64,000 nucleotides of DNA, from the NCBI GenBank assembly GCA_045106415.1, contig JBGCEP010000026.1, forward strand, positions 64,001 to 128,000. The letters are read 5' to 3'. This DNA is from Oligoflexales bacterium (lineage in GTDB: Bacteria; Bdellovibrionota_B; Oligoflexia; Oligoflexales; Bog-1112). The position numbers were made by a program, and so were the translations under genes. Positions 8,001 through 17,142 of the stretch are shown one piece after another; the first letter of the stretch is position 1, and each line of letters starts with the position of its first letter. The notes beneath the pieces are model-generated. The model saw only the letters and a list, made by a program, of their open reading frames with translations. It ran no database searches and had not been told where the DNA came from.

Positions 8001-10141
8001 TGAGCTCCAAATGGGTTGCGGTAATGCCCTTTTTGGCCAATGACCTCGAGGTCGGAAACATGTTTTTGTGGAACATTGTTATAGTCAAACCACATTTTTG
8101 CACCTTGTGGTGTAAGATGACCATAGTTTGGATGAACACGCATAGAGACAACACCTTTTGGTCGGATAAAAGGATCGATGTGATAGAAGCTCACAATCTG
8201 ATCCATATAAAGTTTCCAGATAGGAAGAGCAAGTGTTGCTCCATGCATGTTGCCGCCAATTTTAATGTGTTCATCTGTGCCAACCCACACGAGAGTTTGG
8301 ATATTCGCAGATACAGAAGCAAACCAATTGTCTTTTGAGTCGTTGGATGTCCCAGTTTTTCCACCTGCAATCTGAGCGTATTTAGCTGCTTTGCGAGCAG
8401 TCCCTTTTTTTAAGACATCTCTCATGCCTTGCATGGTTAAAAAAGCAACTTTTTCTGATAAAACGCGCTTGCGTTTTGTTGCAGTGTCTTTGATGTTAAA
8501 TAAAATTTGGCCTTGGCGATTTGTTATTTTACGAATGGCGTGTGGCTCAGAGCGAATACCTCCAGTGGAAAAGACACTGTAGACTCGTGCCAGATCAAAC
8601 ATCGTGACTCCAGAACTTCCAAGGGTAGAACCAAACTCATCTTTCAAGGGGGAGCGAATTCCAAGTTTTTTTGCATGTTCTAAAATAGGTCGAATTCCTA
8701 ATTTATGACCAAGCTCAACAGTGGGTGTGTTCATTGATCGATAAAACGCTCTTAATATTGTTGTTTCGGTCATATAATCTCGTTGTGGGGTTCTTGGCCG
8801 GTAATCACCAATTGTGACTGGCGAGACAAACATCATATCGCTCCATTTGTAGCCTTTTTCAAGAGCGAGAGAATATACAACAGCTTTAAATAAAGACCCA
8901 GGTTGTCGAATGGCTTGTGTTGTGCGATTAAAATTTGATTGGGTGTAGTTTCTTCCCCCAACCATCGCTAATATTTCTCCAGTTTTTGGGTTTGTAGAAA
9001 GTAGAGCTCCTTCTACAGTGGGTTTTTTCGGGGTGGGGTGTTTTTTTGAAGCTGGTATCATATGAGATTTTTCTGAAGCCATTTGAAAGACATCTTCAGA
9101 GCGTCTAATTGCACTTTCTGCAGCGTTCTGGAGTTTGCTATTGAGAGTTGTATAAATTCGTAAACCTTGTGTTTGTAGGGCAGAAGACTGATCACCAAGA
9201 ATGTCTTGGACGCGTTTTTTTATATGGTCTACAAAATAGGGAGAGGTTCTTCCATGGCGAGGGAGGTATTTTTGATAATCGAGAGGTTGTCGAGACCACA
9301 TTTGAGATTCTTTACTGCTTAAAAATCCTGCGTGCTCCATGGCTCGTAGTACTTGAAGTTGTCTTTTTTTAGCTTTCCGAGGGTAACGATCAGGGTTGTA
9401 ACGGCTGGGTGATTGAAAAAGTCCAGCGATGAGCGCAAGTTGATGGACTTTAAGGTCTTTAAGGTCTTTGCCAAAATAGCGCTGAGCAGCAGCTCCAGCT
9501 CCATAGGAATGATTTCCTAAAAAGAGTGCGTTGCTATAAATCTCTAATATTTTTGATTTATTAGCGTGTTGTTCAAGCTGAATAGAGAGGAAAAGCTCTT
9601 TAACCTTTCGAATGAGTGTTTTGTCTTGTGAGAGTAAAAGGTTTCTGACAACCTGTTGAGTAAGGGTACTTGCCCCTTGGCGTATACGTCCACCGCCTTT
9701 CACTTGCACCCATATAGCACGAGCAATTCCCCAAATATCAAATCCTGGGTGGTCAAAAAACCTGCGATCTTCAATAGCCAGAACAGCTTGTTTAAATTTT
9801 TTAGGGATTTTTGAGTATGGTGTATAAATTTGATAGCGCGTAAAAAATTCACCGATAACTTGCCCGTTACGATCGAAAACAAGGCTGTTGTCTTGAGGTG
9901 TCCATGAAAGAATAGGATCAACATCTTTTCTTGTGTAATCAAAAACACCAATGGAATTCAACCAAAGATAAAGAGCACAGCCCGCTATAACAGAGCTTGT
10001 GCCTAGGGTTCCAGCAAAAGCCTTCCAAATCCACAGATTCTTTTGATGTGGAGGTGTTTTTTCCTGGCGTTGTCGGTGCCGAGGCAGAGAGGAATATTCA
10101 AGGTATGGATCTTCGTTAAATGGATCCTTATGACCACGCAT
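7997..10141 (-). CDS. mrcA: Class A penicillin-binding protein 1A (transglycosylase/transpeptidase)
   Basis: Transglycosylase motifs EDRRFFDHPG and QGASTLTQQ; transpeptidase motifs SLFK (SxxK), SMN (SxN) and KTG; N-terminal transmembrane segment. Confidence 0.92.
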   Translation of the reverse strand: MRGHKDPFNEDPYLEYSSLPRHRQRQEKTPPHQKNLWIWKAFAGTLGTSSVIAGCALYLWLNSIGVFDYTRKDVDPILSWTPQDNSLVFDRNGQVIGEFFTRYQIYTPYSKIPKKFKQAVLAIEDRRFFDHPGFDIWGIARAIWVQVKGGGRIRQGASTLTQQVVRNLLLSQDKTLIRKVKELFLSIQLEQHANKSKILEIYSNALFLGNHSYGAGAAAQRYFGKDLKDLKVHQLALIAGLFQSPSRYNPDRYPRKAKKRQLQVLRAMEHAGFLSSKESQMWSRQPLDYQKYLPRHGRTSPYFVDHIKKRVQDILGDQSSALQTQGLRIYTTLNSKLQNAAESAIRRSEDVFQMASEKSHMIPASKKHPTPKKPTVEGALLSTNPKTGEILAMVGGRNYTQSNFNRTTQAIRQPGSLFKAVVYSLALEKGYKWSDMMFVSPVTIGDYRPRTPQRDYMTETTILRAFYRSMNTPTVELGHKLGIRPILEHAKKLGIRSPLKDEFGSTLGSSGVTMFDLARVYSVFSTGGIRSEPHAIRKITNRQGQILFNIKDTATKRKRVLSEKVAFLTMQGMRDVLKKGTARKAAKYAQIAGGKTGTSNDSKDNWFASVSANIQTLVWVGTDEHIKIGGNMHGATLALPIWKLYMDQIVSFYHIDPFIRPKGVVSMRVHPNYGHLTPQGAKMWFDYNNVPQKHVSDLEVIGQKGHYRNPFGAH

Positions 10142-10227
10142 AGAGCGGCTTTCTCCTAAAGATGAGTCTCTAGAATATCATCGGTCTGAGAAAGGCTTCG
10201 CTCAAGTCTGCGCTTGCTGCCTACCGG

Positions 10228-11703
10228 TTATGGGATGGTGTTGATCTTAATCATATTTGTCGGATTCATGCTATTGATAGGGATTCCTGCGGTGATAACA
10301 ATCGTATCTCCAGACTGAACGATACCTAAACTTTTTAAGAGGTGAGGCAAATCTTGTAGGAGAACATCTGTATTGTAGAACAGAGGATTTCGCATTCCGT
10401 AGACCCCCCAGATAAGCTCAAGCCGATGAATAACTTCTTCTCGAGGGCTGATTGCAATAATTGGCGTATGAGGGCGCCATCTTGAAATCTGACGCGCGAT
10501 AGAACCTGTTAAGGTTAAGCAAACAATAGCTCGAGCGTTGAGTTCATCAGCTGCTTCACACGTACTGCGGGCGATGGCTTCATGGGTTTCCCATTTGCTG
10601 TCAATTTCGGTATTGCTGTAACGACGTGTACGAGTATGAGCCCAAGACTCCACCTGTTCAATAACCTCAACCATGCGTTTGACACATTCGACAGGGAAAC
10701 GTCCAGCTGCCACTTCTGCAGAAAGCATAATGGCATCAGCGCCTTCAAGAACACCATTTGCAACATCTGCGAGCTCAGCAAGGCTTGCTCGAGGGTTTTC
10801 CACCATAGACTCAAGCATTTGAGTTGCTATGATGACAGGAATGGCTTCTTGAGCAGCCGCGTTGACAATGAGTCTTTGAAAGCTAGGGACTTTTTCAACT
10901 TGACACTCAACGCCGAGATCGCCTCGAGCAACCATAAGACCGTCTGCAACTTTTGCAATTTTATCAATGTCGTTAACTGCGGATATTTTTTCTATCTTCG
11001 CAATAATAGGGGTATCAGCACCGAGAGCTTGGATAATCTTTCGACACACTGTTAAGTCGTCAGGCGACTGTACAAAAGATAATGCAACAACATCCACTCG
11101 TTGAGCTATGCCAAATAAAAGATCTTTTGTATCTTTTTCAGTCAATGCAGGTAAAGAGAGGTGAGAATCTGGAAAGTTGACACCTTTACGACTTTTTAAA
11201 AGTCCACCTTCAAGCACTTTAACTTGGAGGGTTTTTTGTTTGCTGCCTGTAACTTCCAGGATGAGCAAACCGTCGTCCATCATCACACGGTCGCCCACAG
11301 CGACATCTTGAACAATGTCTCTGTAGTCAATAGGAATGGTGTCATCGGTTTGTTCGTGACCAAATTTTAAAGTATGGATTTCATTTTTTTGCAGCACCAT
11401 TTGATCATTACGAAGTTTTCCACAACGAATTTTGGGACCTTGTAAATCCTGTAAAATGGTCACGTGCCGAGCGTGTTTTTTGGACAACATGCGCACTAAT
11501 TCAATATTCTTAGCGTGAGTGGCATGATCACCGTGTGAAAAATTTAGACGAACAATATTTAAGCCCGCTTCTATGAGCTGACTCAGTGTTTCTTCATTGC
11601 TTGATGCAGGGCCAAGAGTCCCAATGATTTTACAGTGCCTAATATGAGAGTCTCGATCTCGAAACGCTCGCATACCTTTGATAATCGGGGTGCCGTCTAA
11701 CAT
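10228..11703 (-). CDS. pyk: Pyruvate kinase
   Basis: KIIGTLGPAS, RLNFSHG, DLQGPKIR, IIAKIE, MVARGDLGVE and ATQMLESM. Confidence 0.97.
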   Translation of the reverse strand: MLDGTPIIKGMRAFRDRDSHIRHCKIIGTLGPASSNEETLSQLIEAGLNIVRLNFSHGDHATHAKNIELVRMLSKKHARHVTILQDLQGPKIRCGKLRNDQMVLQKNEIHTLKFGHEQTDDTIPIDYRDIVQDVAVGDRVMMDDGLLILEVTGSKQKTLQVKVLEGGLLKSRKGVNFPDSHLSLPALTEKDTKDLLFGIAQRVDVVALSFVQSPDDLTVCRKIIQALGADTPIIAKIEKISAVNDIDKIAKVADGLMVARGDLGVECQVEKVPSFQRLIVNAAAQEAIPVIIATQMLESMVENPRASLAELADVANGVLEGADAIMLSAEVAAGRFPVECVKRMVEVIEQVESWAHTRTRRYSNTEIDSKWETHEAIARSTCEAADELNARAIVCLTLTGSIARQISRWRPHTPIIAISPREEVIHRLELIWGVYGMRNPLFYNTDVLLQDLPHLLKSLGIVQSGDTIVITAGIPINSMNPTNMIKINTIP

Positions 11704-11763
11704 AAAGCCTCCATGAACGCCTTTAGAAATTGTTTTGCACTTTGTACTAAGATGTTCAAGAGA

Positions 11764-12675
11764 TCAAGCTCTTGGTTTAAGAAGAAAGCCATCAGATGCA
11801 AAGTATTCCACGTGATTACCTTTACGCATCAATGTCGTTTTCATGCAAGCGCGATTAAAAAGCATAATAGCCCGAGCAGGGCCTTTAGGCGCAGGGTATG
11901 TGTTGAAAGCTGGATAGCGCTTGATCACATCTATGTCTTCTCTTGCTAGAAGCTCTTCTGCTTGCTGTAAACCATGTTTGAAAAGAGACATGAGATGAAT
12001 AGATAGAAAATAAAAACACTCATGAGGAACATTGGTAAATCTTTTTGCAGCTCCTAAAAAAAGCTCGAGTCCGAAAACACTATAGATGGGATCTATAAAA
12101 ACCATCGCATAGTTCTTAATAAATTGTTCTGGTGGGTTGGTAGAAATATCATGACACAGAACCTTGAGACTAAGGTTCTCGCGCTTTGCTTGCTCTTCAA
12201 TATCTCGGCATAGCTCTGGGTCGATATCGACACATGTGATGTCGGTAAATCCTTTGCGAGCCATGGTGAGCCCAACCATATCGTCATCACCTAGAAGAAG
12301 AACTGGTTTATGGAAACCACAGAGCCGTTCCGCTTCTTCACAGCGAGAAAGAGTCGTCTTTTTTGTGCAAGGTTGTTGGGCATGAGTTCTATTTGTAAAA
12401 GGTCTTACCGGTTGTCTGCCGTCTTCAGGTAGGTTTAAGAAAAGGTGCTGAGCAGCTTGCTCATGTACGACATCTACAACCTCACCCCAAGAGAGGTTAA
12501 TAAATTTTCTGATTGAGGGATCTTGTGCGCTCCAAGATAAAAGCATTCTCGCAAGTTTGATATATCGAGGAGGTGTATTGCGAAGCTTTTCAACTTCATA
12601 GCGCTCTTCAGAGCTGAGTTTTGAGGCTGCTCCGAAATAGCAAAGTTCTTCCCAAGACGGTAGGCGCTGATTCAT
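11764..12675 (-). CDS. BpsA-family (bis-aminopropyl spermidine synthase-like) aminopropyltransferase
   Basis: VLLLGDDDMVG (GDDD motif), CVDIDPEL, HDI and FIDPIYSVFGLELFL match the BpsA/DUF43 C-terminal domain pattern. Confidence 0.7.
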   Translation of the reverse strand: MNQRLPSWEELCYFGAASKLSSEERYEVEKLRNTPPRYIKLARMLLSWSAQDPSIRKFINLSWGEVVDVVHEQAAQHLFLNLPEDGRQPVRPFTNRTHAQQPCTKKTTLSRCEEAERLCGFHKPVLLLGDDDMVGLTMARKGFTDITCVDIDPELCRDIEEQAKRENLSLKVLCHDISTNPPEQFIKNYAMVFIDPIYSVFGLELFLGAAKRFTNVPHECFYFLSIHLMSLFKHGLQQAEELLAREDIDVIKRYPAFNTYPAPKGPARAIMLFNRACMKTTLMRKGNHVEYFASDGFLLKPRA

Positions 12676-13328
12676 AAGACTCCAGACGGTTGTGAACTTG
12701 CACTCATCATAACAAGGGAGCCTATGGCAATAAAGCTTATCGCAATACCGAGTCTAATTTTCATAAGAGTTTTCTCTGAAAAAGACCCTTCTCCATGCTG
12801 AGCGAGCCTTGCCATAATAGAGAACCAGACCAAATCTCCAAGCACAATCCCTATGAGAAAAAAAATAAGAAGTGAGCCCTGAACCTGAATGTTAAAGAAG
12901 TGAGAAATCGTATTTATCGCAAATAACCAAAACATAACAAACGATGGATTGGAGCCACATAAAAAAGCCCCAGTCGAGAAATCTTTGAGGGGTGTCCCTA
13001 TATGATGGTCTTGCGTGGTCTTTGGTTGTGCTGCTCCTTTTCTGAGACTGATAAGCGAAAAAACCCCTAGCGCGATAAGAAAAAAACCACAAGTGATCTG
13101 AATTTCATAAAGATACGGTGATTTTTGGAAAATTTCTGCATAACCCCAAGCTGCAGCTGTCGCGTATAATAAATCCGTGACGACGACCCCTAAAAGAAAG
13201 GTCAAAATTCGATTTCTTTTTCTCTTTTGAAAAATCATTTCTGCTAACATTAGGTTGATAGGGCCTAAGGGGGCAGATGAGCAAAACCCTCCGCAAAAAC
13301 CAGAGAGTACAGCAATGACAAGGCTCAT
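12672..13328 (-). CDS. LysE-family translocator
   Basis: APLGPINL, GVVVTDLLY, GAFLCGSNP..VMFW and GDLVWF; about six transmembrane segments. Confidence 0.85.
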   Translation of the reverse strand: MSLVIAVLSGFCGGFCSSAPLGPINLMLAEMIFQKRKRNRILTFLLGVVVTDLLYATAAAWGYAEIFQKSPYLYEIQITCGFFLIALGVFSLISLRKGAAQPKTTQDHHIGTPLKDFSTGAFLCGSNPSFVMFWLFAINTISHFFNIQVQGSLLIFFLIGIVLGDLVWFSIMARLAQHGEGSFSEKTLMKIRLGIAISFIAIGSLVMMSASSQPSGVL

Positions 13329-13344
13329 AAAATTTTCTCCATAA

Positions 13345-13371
13345 TCAAATCTTGTCCAACTCTTCCGATCT
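13345..13371 (+). promoter_or_regulatory. Putative sigma-28 (FliA)-type promoter before the tatA operon
   Basis: TCAA-N15-TCCGATCT, compared with the consensus TAAA-N15-GCCGATAA. Confidence 0.4.
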
Positions 13372-13450
13372 TACAGGAAGACAGTGGAACTGAATGCTGG
13401 AACATGATATTCACCAGGATCCACGGTATCGAAAATAAAGGAGAGACGCC

Positions 13451-13666
13451 ATGGGTTTACCTGGTTTGCCTGAACTACTTGTTATTTTTGGAATTGCAGT
13501 TTTATTGTTTGGATCTAAGAAGCTTCCAAGCCTTGGTGGTGCGATTGGTGAAAGCATTAAAAATTTTAAAAAAGGCCTAAGTGAAGCAGAAAATGAAAAA
13601 ATAGCTTCGAATTCAAAGGATTCAAAAAGCACTGATTCTTCGAATGATTCTTCTCATGATGCTTGA
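13451..13666 (+). CDS. tatA: Sec-independent translocase TatA
   Basis: GLPELLVIFGIAVLLFGSKKLPSLGGAIGESIKNFKKG; SD AAGGAG. Confidence 0.95.
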   Translation: MGLPGLPELLVIFGIAVLLFGSKKLPSLGGAIGESIKNFKKGLSEAENEKIASNSKDSKSTDSSNDSSHDA

Positions 13667-14507
13667 TGGCCTTTTTGCTCGTAAGCTCCTTATGGTTACG
13701 GGTAAGGGAGGAACAGGCAAAACTTTATTGTCTGCTTCCTTAGGCCAGATAGCTGCGTCATTAGGCAAGAAAGTTCTAGTTGTAGAGTGTCACAGAGATT
13801 CTCAGTTGCGCCCTTTGCTTGGTGGTGAAAATAAGGTTGATGAAGCTGTGCAAGCTGAAAAGAACCTTCACTGGATCAATCTTGTTCCAAAAAATGGGCT
13901 GCAGCATTATGTCGTGGGGCGTCTGAAAAAAGCTGGTACTTGGAATAAATTTTTTAAGCACAGTAAAATCACAGCTTTTTTTGAAGCTATGCCTGGCTTG
14001 ACTGAAGTGATGATTCTTGGGCGTTTGTTTCATGATGTGATGCTTATTGATCAATGGGATTTGGTGATCTTTGATGGTCCTGCTTCAGGACATTATGCAA
14101 GTATGCTTGAGACTCCTGCTGCTATTTTAGGCGCAGGTATCTTAGGCCCTCTTGCTTCAGAGGTGAAACGGGTGAAAGATTTTCTCGAAGATTCTGAGCT
14201 TTGTGAAGGGTTGTATGTGACTTTACCAGAGCCTTTGGTGATTTCTGAATGTGCTGAATTTGTTCCAAAGCTAGAGTTACCAAAAAAACATCATGTGATT
14301 TTAAACCGAAGCCTTTATTCGGATAAAGACTTTGTGAGCGATTCAATACCTGTTCAAGAATGGCTGAATAAACGAGACGAATTAACATCACAAGCTATGA
14401 AGGACCTTGAAGGTTTTGGTTCTTTTTTCCAAATTTTAGATTTAGGTGCGGTGTCTGGGGCTTTAAGTTTAAAAGAGTCAAAGCAGCTGTGGGGATATTG
14501 TGACTAA
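13656..14507 (+). CDS. ArsA/Get3-family ATPase, subunit 1
   Basis: Deviant Walker A GKGGTGKT, AMPGLTEV, switch II DGPASGH, TLPEPLV and VILNR. Confidence 0.85.
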   Translation: MMLDGLFARKLLMVTGKGGTGKTLLSASLGQIAASLGKKVLVVECHRDSQLRPLLGGENKVDEAVQAEKNLHWINLVPKNGLQHYVVGRLKKAGTWNKFFKHSKITAFFEAMPGLTEVMILGRLFHDVMLIDQWDLVIFDGPASGHYASMLETPAAILGAGILGPLASEVKRVKDFLEDSELCEGLYVTLPEPLVISECAEFVPKLELPKKHHVILNRSLYSDKDFVSDSIPVQEWLNKRDELTSQAMKDLEGFGSFFQILDLGAVSGALSLKESKQLWGYCD

Positions 14508-15534
14508 AAAATCTCGTGTGTTTGTTGTTGTAGGGCCAGGTGGTGTCGGTAAAACGACGTGTTCGATTGCCCTTGCTATGGCGGGTGTACGGAGAGGTTT
14601 AAAAGTAGGTCTTTTATCTGTAGATCCTGCGAAAAGGCTAGCGAAAGCTTTGAAAATACCTTTAGATGCTTCTATGTCAAAAGTCGAGTGTGAAGGAAGT
14701 GGGGAGCTACATGCTGCAATGGTTGATCAACAAGCGATCTTTGATCAATTGGTGCGATCTTATGCTCCTAAAAAAAATCATGAGAAAATTTTTCACCACC
14801 CTTTTTATGTTTCAGCGAGCCAGCAGATTGCAGGTCCATTTGAAGCTATGGCTCTTGTTCAGCTTGCTAAAATGCAGAAATCGTTTGATTGGATTGTGCT
14901 AGATACACCACCTGATGCTCAAGCATTAGAGTTTTTAGAACGCCCTAAGGTGATGGCGAGATTTATGAGAGCTGGTGTGATGAAGTGGATACTGTCATCA
15001 TTTCGGGTTGGAAGTCGCCTGGGTATTCATAGACTTGCTAAGTTTGGAGAACGTTGGTTTCAAGGTGTAGGTGAGGTCGCAGGTGTTAAAGCTTTACTTC
15101 AAGTGGCAGATTTTTTAACTCTGATGCAAGAAGTCGTTGAAGGAGTCGCCGAAGGGAGCGAAGTGGCTGATACTATGTTGAGCGATCCAACAACTCAATA
15201 CGTGGGAGTGATGAGCCCTAAAGATGGCGCATATCGTGTTATGAAAACACTAAGATCATCACTCAAAGAGATCGACCGAGATTTAACATCTATTTTAGTA
15301 AATAGATGTCTTCCAGATAGTTTTCAAGGGAGTCATTCTTTGCCTTCTGATCTTAAGATACGCCTTATGGTTGAAGAAGATTTATTGAGTCGCCTTCATC
15401 TTCCGCATTTGAAACTAGAAGATCAATGGGGTGGTATTGCGGATGTAGAGGCCTTACAGCGACTCGCAGATATTCTACATGACTCACTCGGCGAGATCTG
15501 CCTTCTTACACATGAATTATCGATGTCGACATAA
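14500..15534 (+). CDS. ArsA/Get3-family ATPase, subunit 2
   Basis: GPGGVGKTT, SVDPAKRLA, IVLDTPP and ILVNR; overlaps the subunit 1 stop. Confidence 0.85.
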   Translation: MTKKSRVFVVVGPGGVGKTTCSIALAMAGVRRGLKVGLLSVDPAKRLAKALKIPLDASMSKVECEGSGELHAAMVDQQAIFDQLVRSYAPKKNHEKIFHHPFYVSASQQIAGPFEAMALVQLAKMQKSFDWIVLDTPPDAQALEFLERPKVMARFMRAGVMKWILSSFRVGSRLGIHRLAKFGERWFQGVGEVAGVKALLQVADFLTLMQEVVEGVAEGSEVADTMLSDPTTQYVGVMSPKDGAYRVMKTLRSSLKEIDRDLTSILVNRCLPDSFQGSHSLPSDLKIRLMVEEDLLSRLHLPHLKLEDQWGGIADVEALQRLADILHDSLGEICLLTHELSMST

Positions 15535-15573
15535 GGGTACAATGACCTTGGAATATTATTGAAGGTCTCAGCT

Positions 15574-16341
15574 ATGAGCTTTGTGGATTATTCAATTCAA
15601 AAAACTGAAGATATAGGGCGATTTGTGTCCTATATTTCTAATATTGGTAAACAAGTTATAAAGCCCCCCTTTCGCTGGCGAGAAATACTACAACAACTTG
15701 AGTTTGTCGGTCATCAGAGTTTAAATATTATTCTTTTGACAGCATTTTTTACAGGAGCTGTCTTCGCGCTTCAGATCGGTGGAATTTTTTCTATCTTTCG
15801 TGCTGAAGGCATGATGGGTGGTGCAACGGGCAAAGCTTTGGCGACAGAGCTTGCGCCTCTTGTGACAGGCTTTCTTATGACTGGTCGTGTGGGTTCAGCT
15901 ATGACATCTGAGCTGGCTACCATGAAGGTGAACGAACAGATCGATGCTATGGAAGCGATGGGTGTTGATCCTATTCATTATTTAGTAGTGCCACGAGTCC
16001 TTGCTTGTCTCTTGATGATCCCTTTTTTGTGCGGTGTCTTTATGTTCCTTGGTGTTGTAGGGGCTTGGGCAACAGGAACCTTGCTTTTTCATGTGGATCA
16101 AGGTGTTTTTATGGAAAAACTTAAAACTCTCGTGCATGTGAGTGATGTTTGGTTGGGACTGCGGAAAAGTGTGTGTTTTGCTGTATTAATTGGTGCGGTT
16201 GCGTGCCGTTTTGGGTTGAATGCCAGTGGTGGTGCAAAAGGGGTTGGGTTGGCAACCACAACCGGTGTTGTAAACACTTTGTTGATGATTTTATGCACAG
16301 ATTTTTTGATTAGTTATATTCAAGTGAGATGGTTCGGATGA
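15574..16341 (+). CDS. mlaE: MlaE-family lipid ABC transporter permease
   Basis: ELAPLVTGFLMTGRVGSAMTSELATMKVNEQIDAMEAMGVDP and GGAKGVGLATT. Confidence 0.93.
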   Translation: MSFVDYSIQKTEDIGRFVSYISNIGKQVIKPPFRWREILQQLEFVGHQSLNIILLTAFFTGAVFALQIGGIFSIFRAEGMMGGATGKALATELAPLVTGFLMTGRVGSAMTSELATMKVNEQIDAMEAMGVDPIHYLVVPRVLACLLMIPFLCGVFMFLGVVGAWATGTLLFHVDQGVFMEKLKTLVHVSDVWLGLRKSVCFAVLIGAVACRFGLNASGGAKGVGLATTTGVVNTLLMILCTDFLISYIQVRWFG

Positions 16342-17090
16342 TTCGATTTTCACATGTCAGCAAATCTTTTGGATCCCATCAAGTTCTTGATGATTTAACG
16401 CTGCATGTGCGTAGAGGGAAGATCACTTTTATCGTGGGTAAATCGGGAGAAGGTAAATCGGTGACTATCAAGCATATTATGGGCTTGATGAAGCCTGATG
16501 CTGGTGACATTGCGGTTGATGGCCACAATATTTTAGATTTAGATGGTGCAGAGCTGCGTGAGTATCGAAAGAGTTTTGGAATGCTTTTTCAGCACGCAGC
16601 GTTATTTGACAGTATGACGGTGGGGCAGAATGTGCTTTTTCCTTTGCAGGAACAAACCTTGAAACAACCTCTATCTAAAATGCTGAAACGTGTTGAGGAT
16701 GTTTTAGAGCAGGTGGGTCTTCCGCATATTCAGCATAAATATCCATCTCAATTGTCGACAGGAGAAAAAAAGAGAGTGGGCTTAGCCAGAGCTTTGGTCA
16801 CAAAGCCTCGAGTGCTCCTTTACGATGAGCCGACAACCGGTATGGACCCTCTTGTATGTGAAATGATTGATGATCTTATTGTCCAGCTGAATGAAGATGA
16901 AAAAGATATGACGTCTATTGTGATTTCTCATGACTTGAAAGCTGCGATGGCAACAGCAGAGTATATTGTCATGCTTTATAAGGGGAAGGCAGCGTTAGAA
17001 GGAACGCCAAAAGATTTTAAGGAAACAAAACAGCCTGTTGTACAACAATTTTTTTCTGGTCGTGTGGATGGGCCGATGGAGTTTTTTTGA
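16338..17090 (+). CDS. mlaF: MlaF-family ABC ATPase
   Basis: GKSGEGKS, FQHAALFDSMTV, LSTGEKKRVGLARAL and YDEPTTGMDP; ATGA overlap with mlaE. Confidence 0.92.
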   Translation: MIRFSHVSKSFGSHQVLDDLTLHVRRGKITFIVGKSGEGKSVTIKHIMGLMKPDAGDIAVDGHNILDLDGAELREYRKSFGMLFQHAALFDSMTVGQNVLFPLQEQTLKQPLSKMLKRVEDVLEQVGLPHIQHKYPSQLSTGEKKRVGLARALVTKPRVLLYDEPTTGMDPLVCEMIDDLIVQLNEDEKDMTSIVISHDLKAAMATAEYIVMLYKGKAALEGTPKDFKETKQPVVQQFFSGRVDGPMEFF

Positions 17091-17142
17091 CAGTTATAGA
17101 TTTTGAAAATTCTTCCGATCCGATACAAAGAGGCAATGCTAT

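Noticed and set aside
13656..15534. Arsenic-resistance operon
   Set aside because: No arsB/acr3, arsC, arsD or arsR nearby; single-domain subunits with motifs of the Get3/BagAB-like pair.
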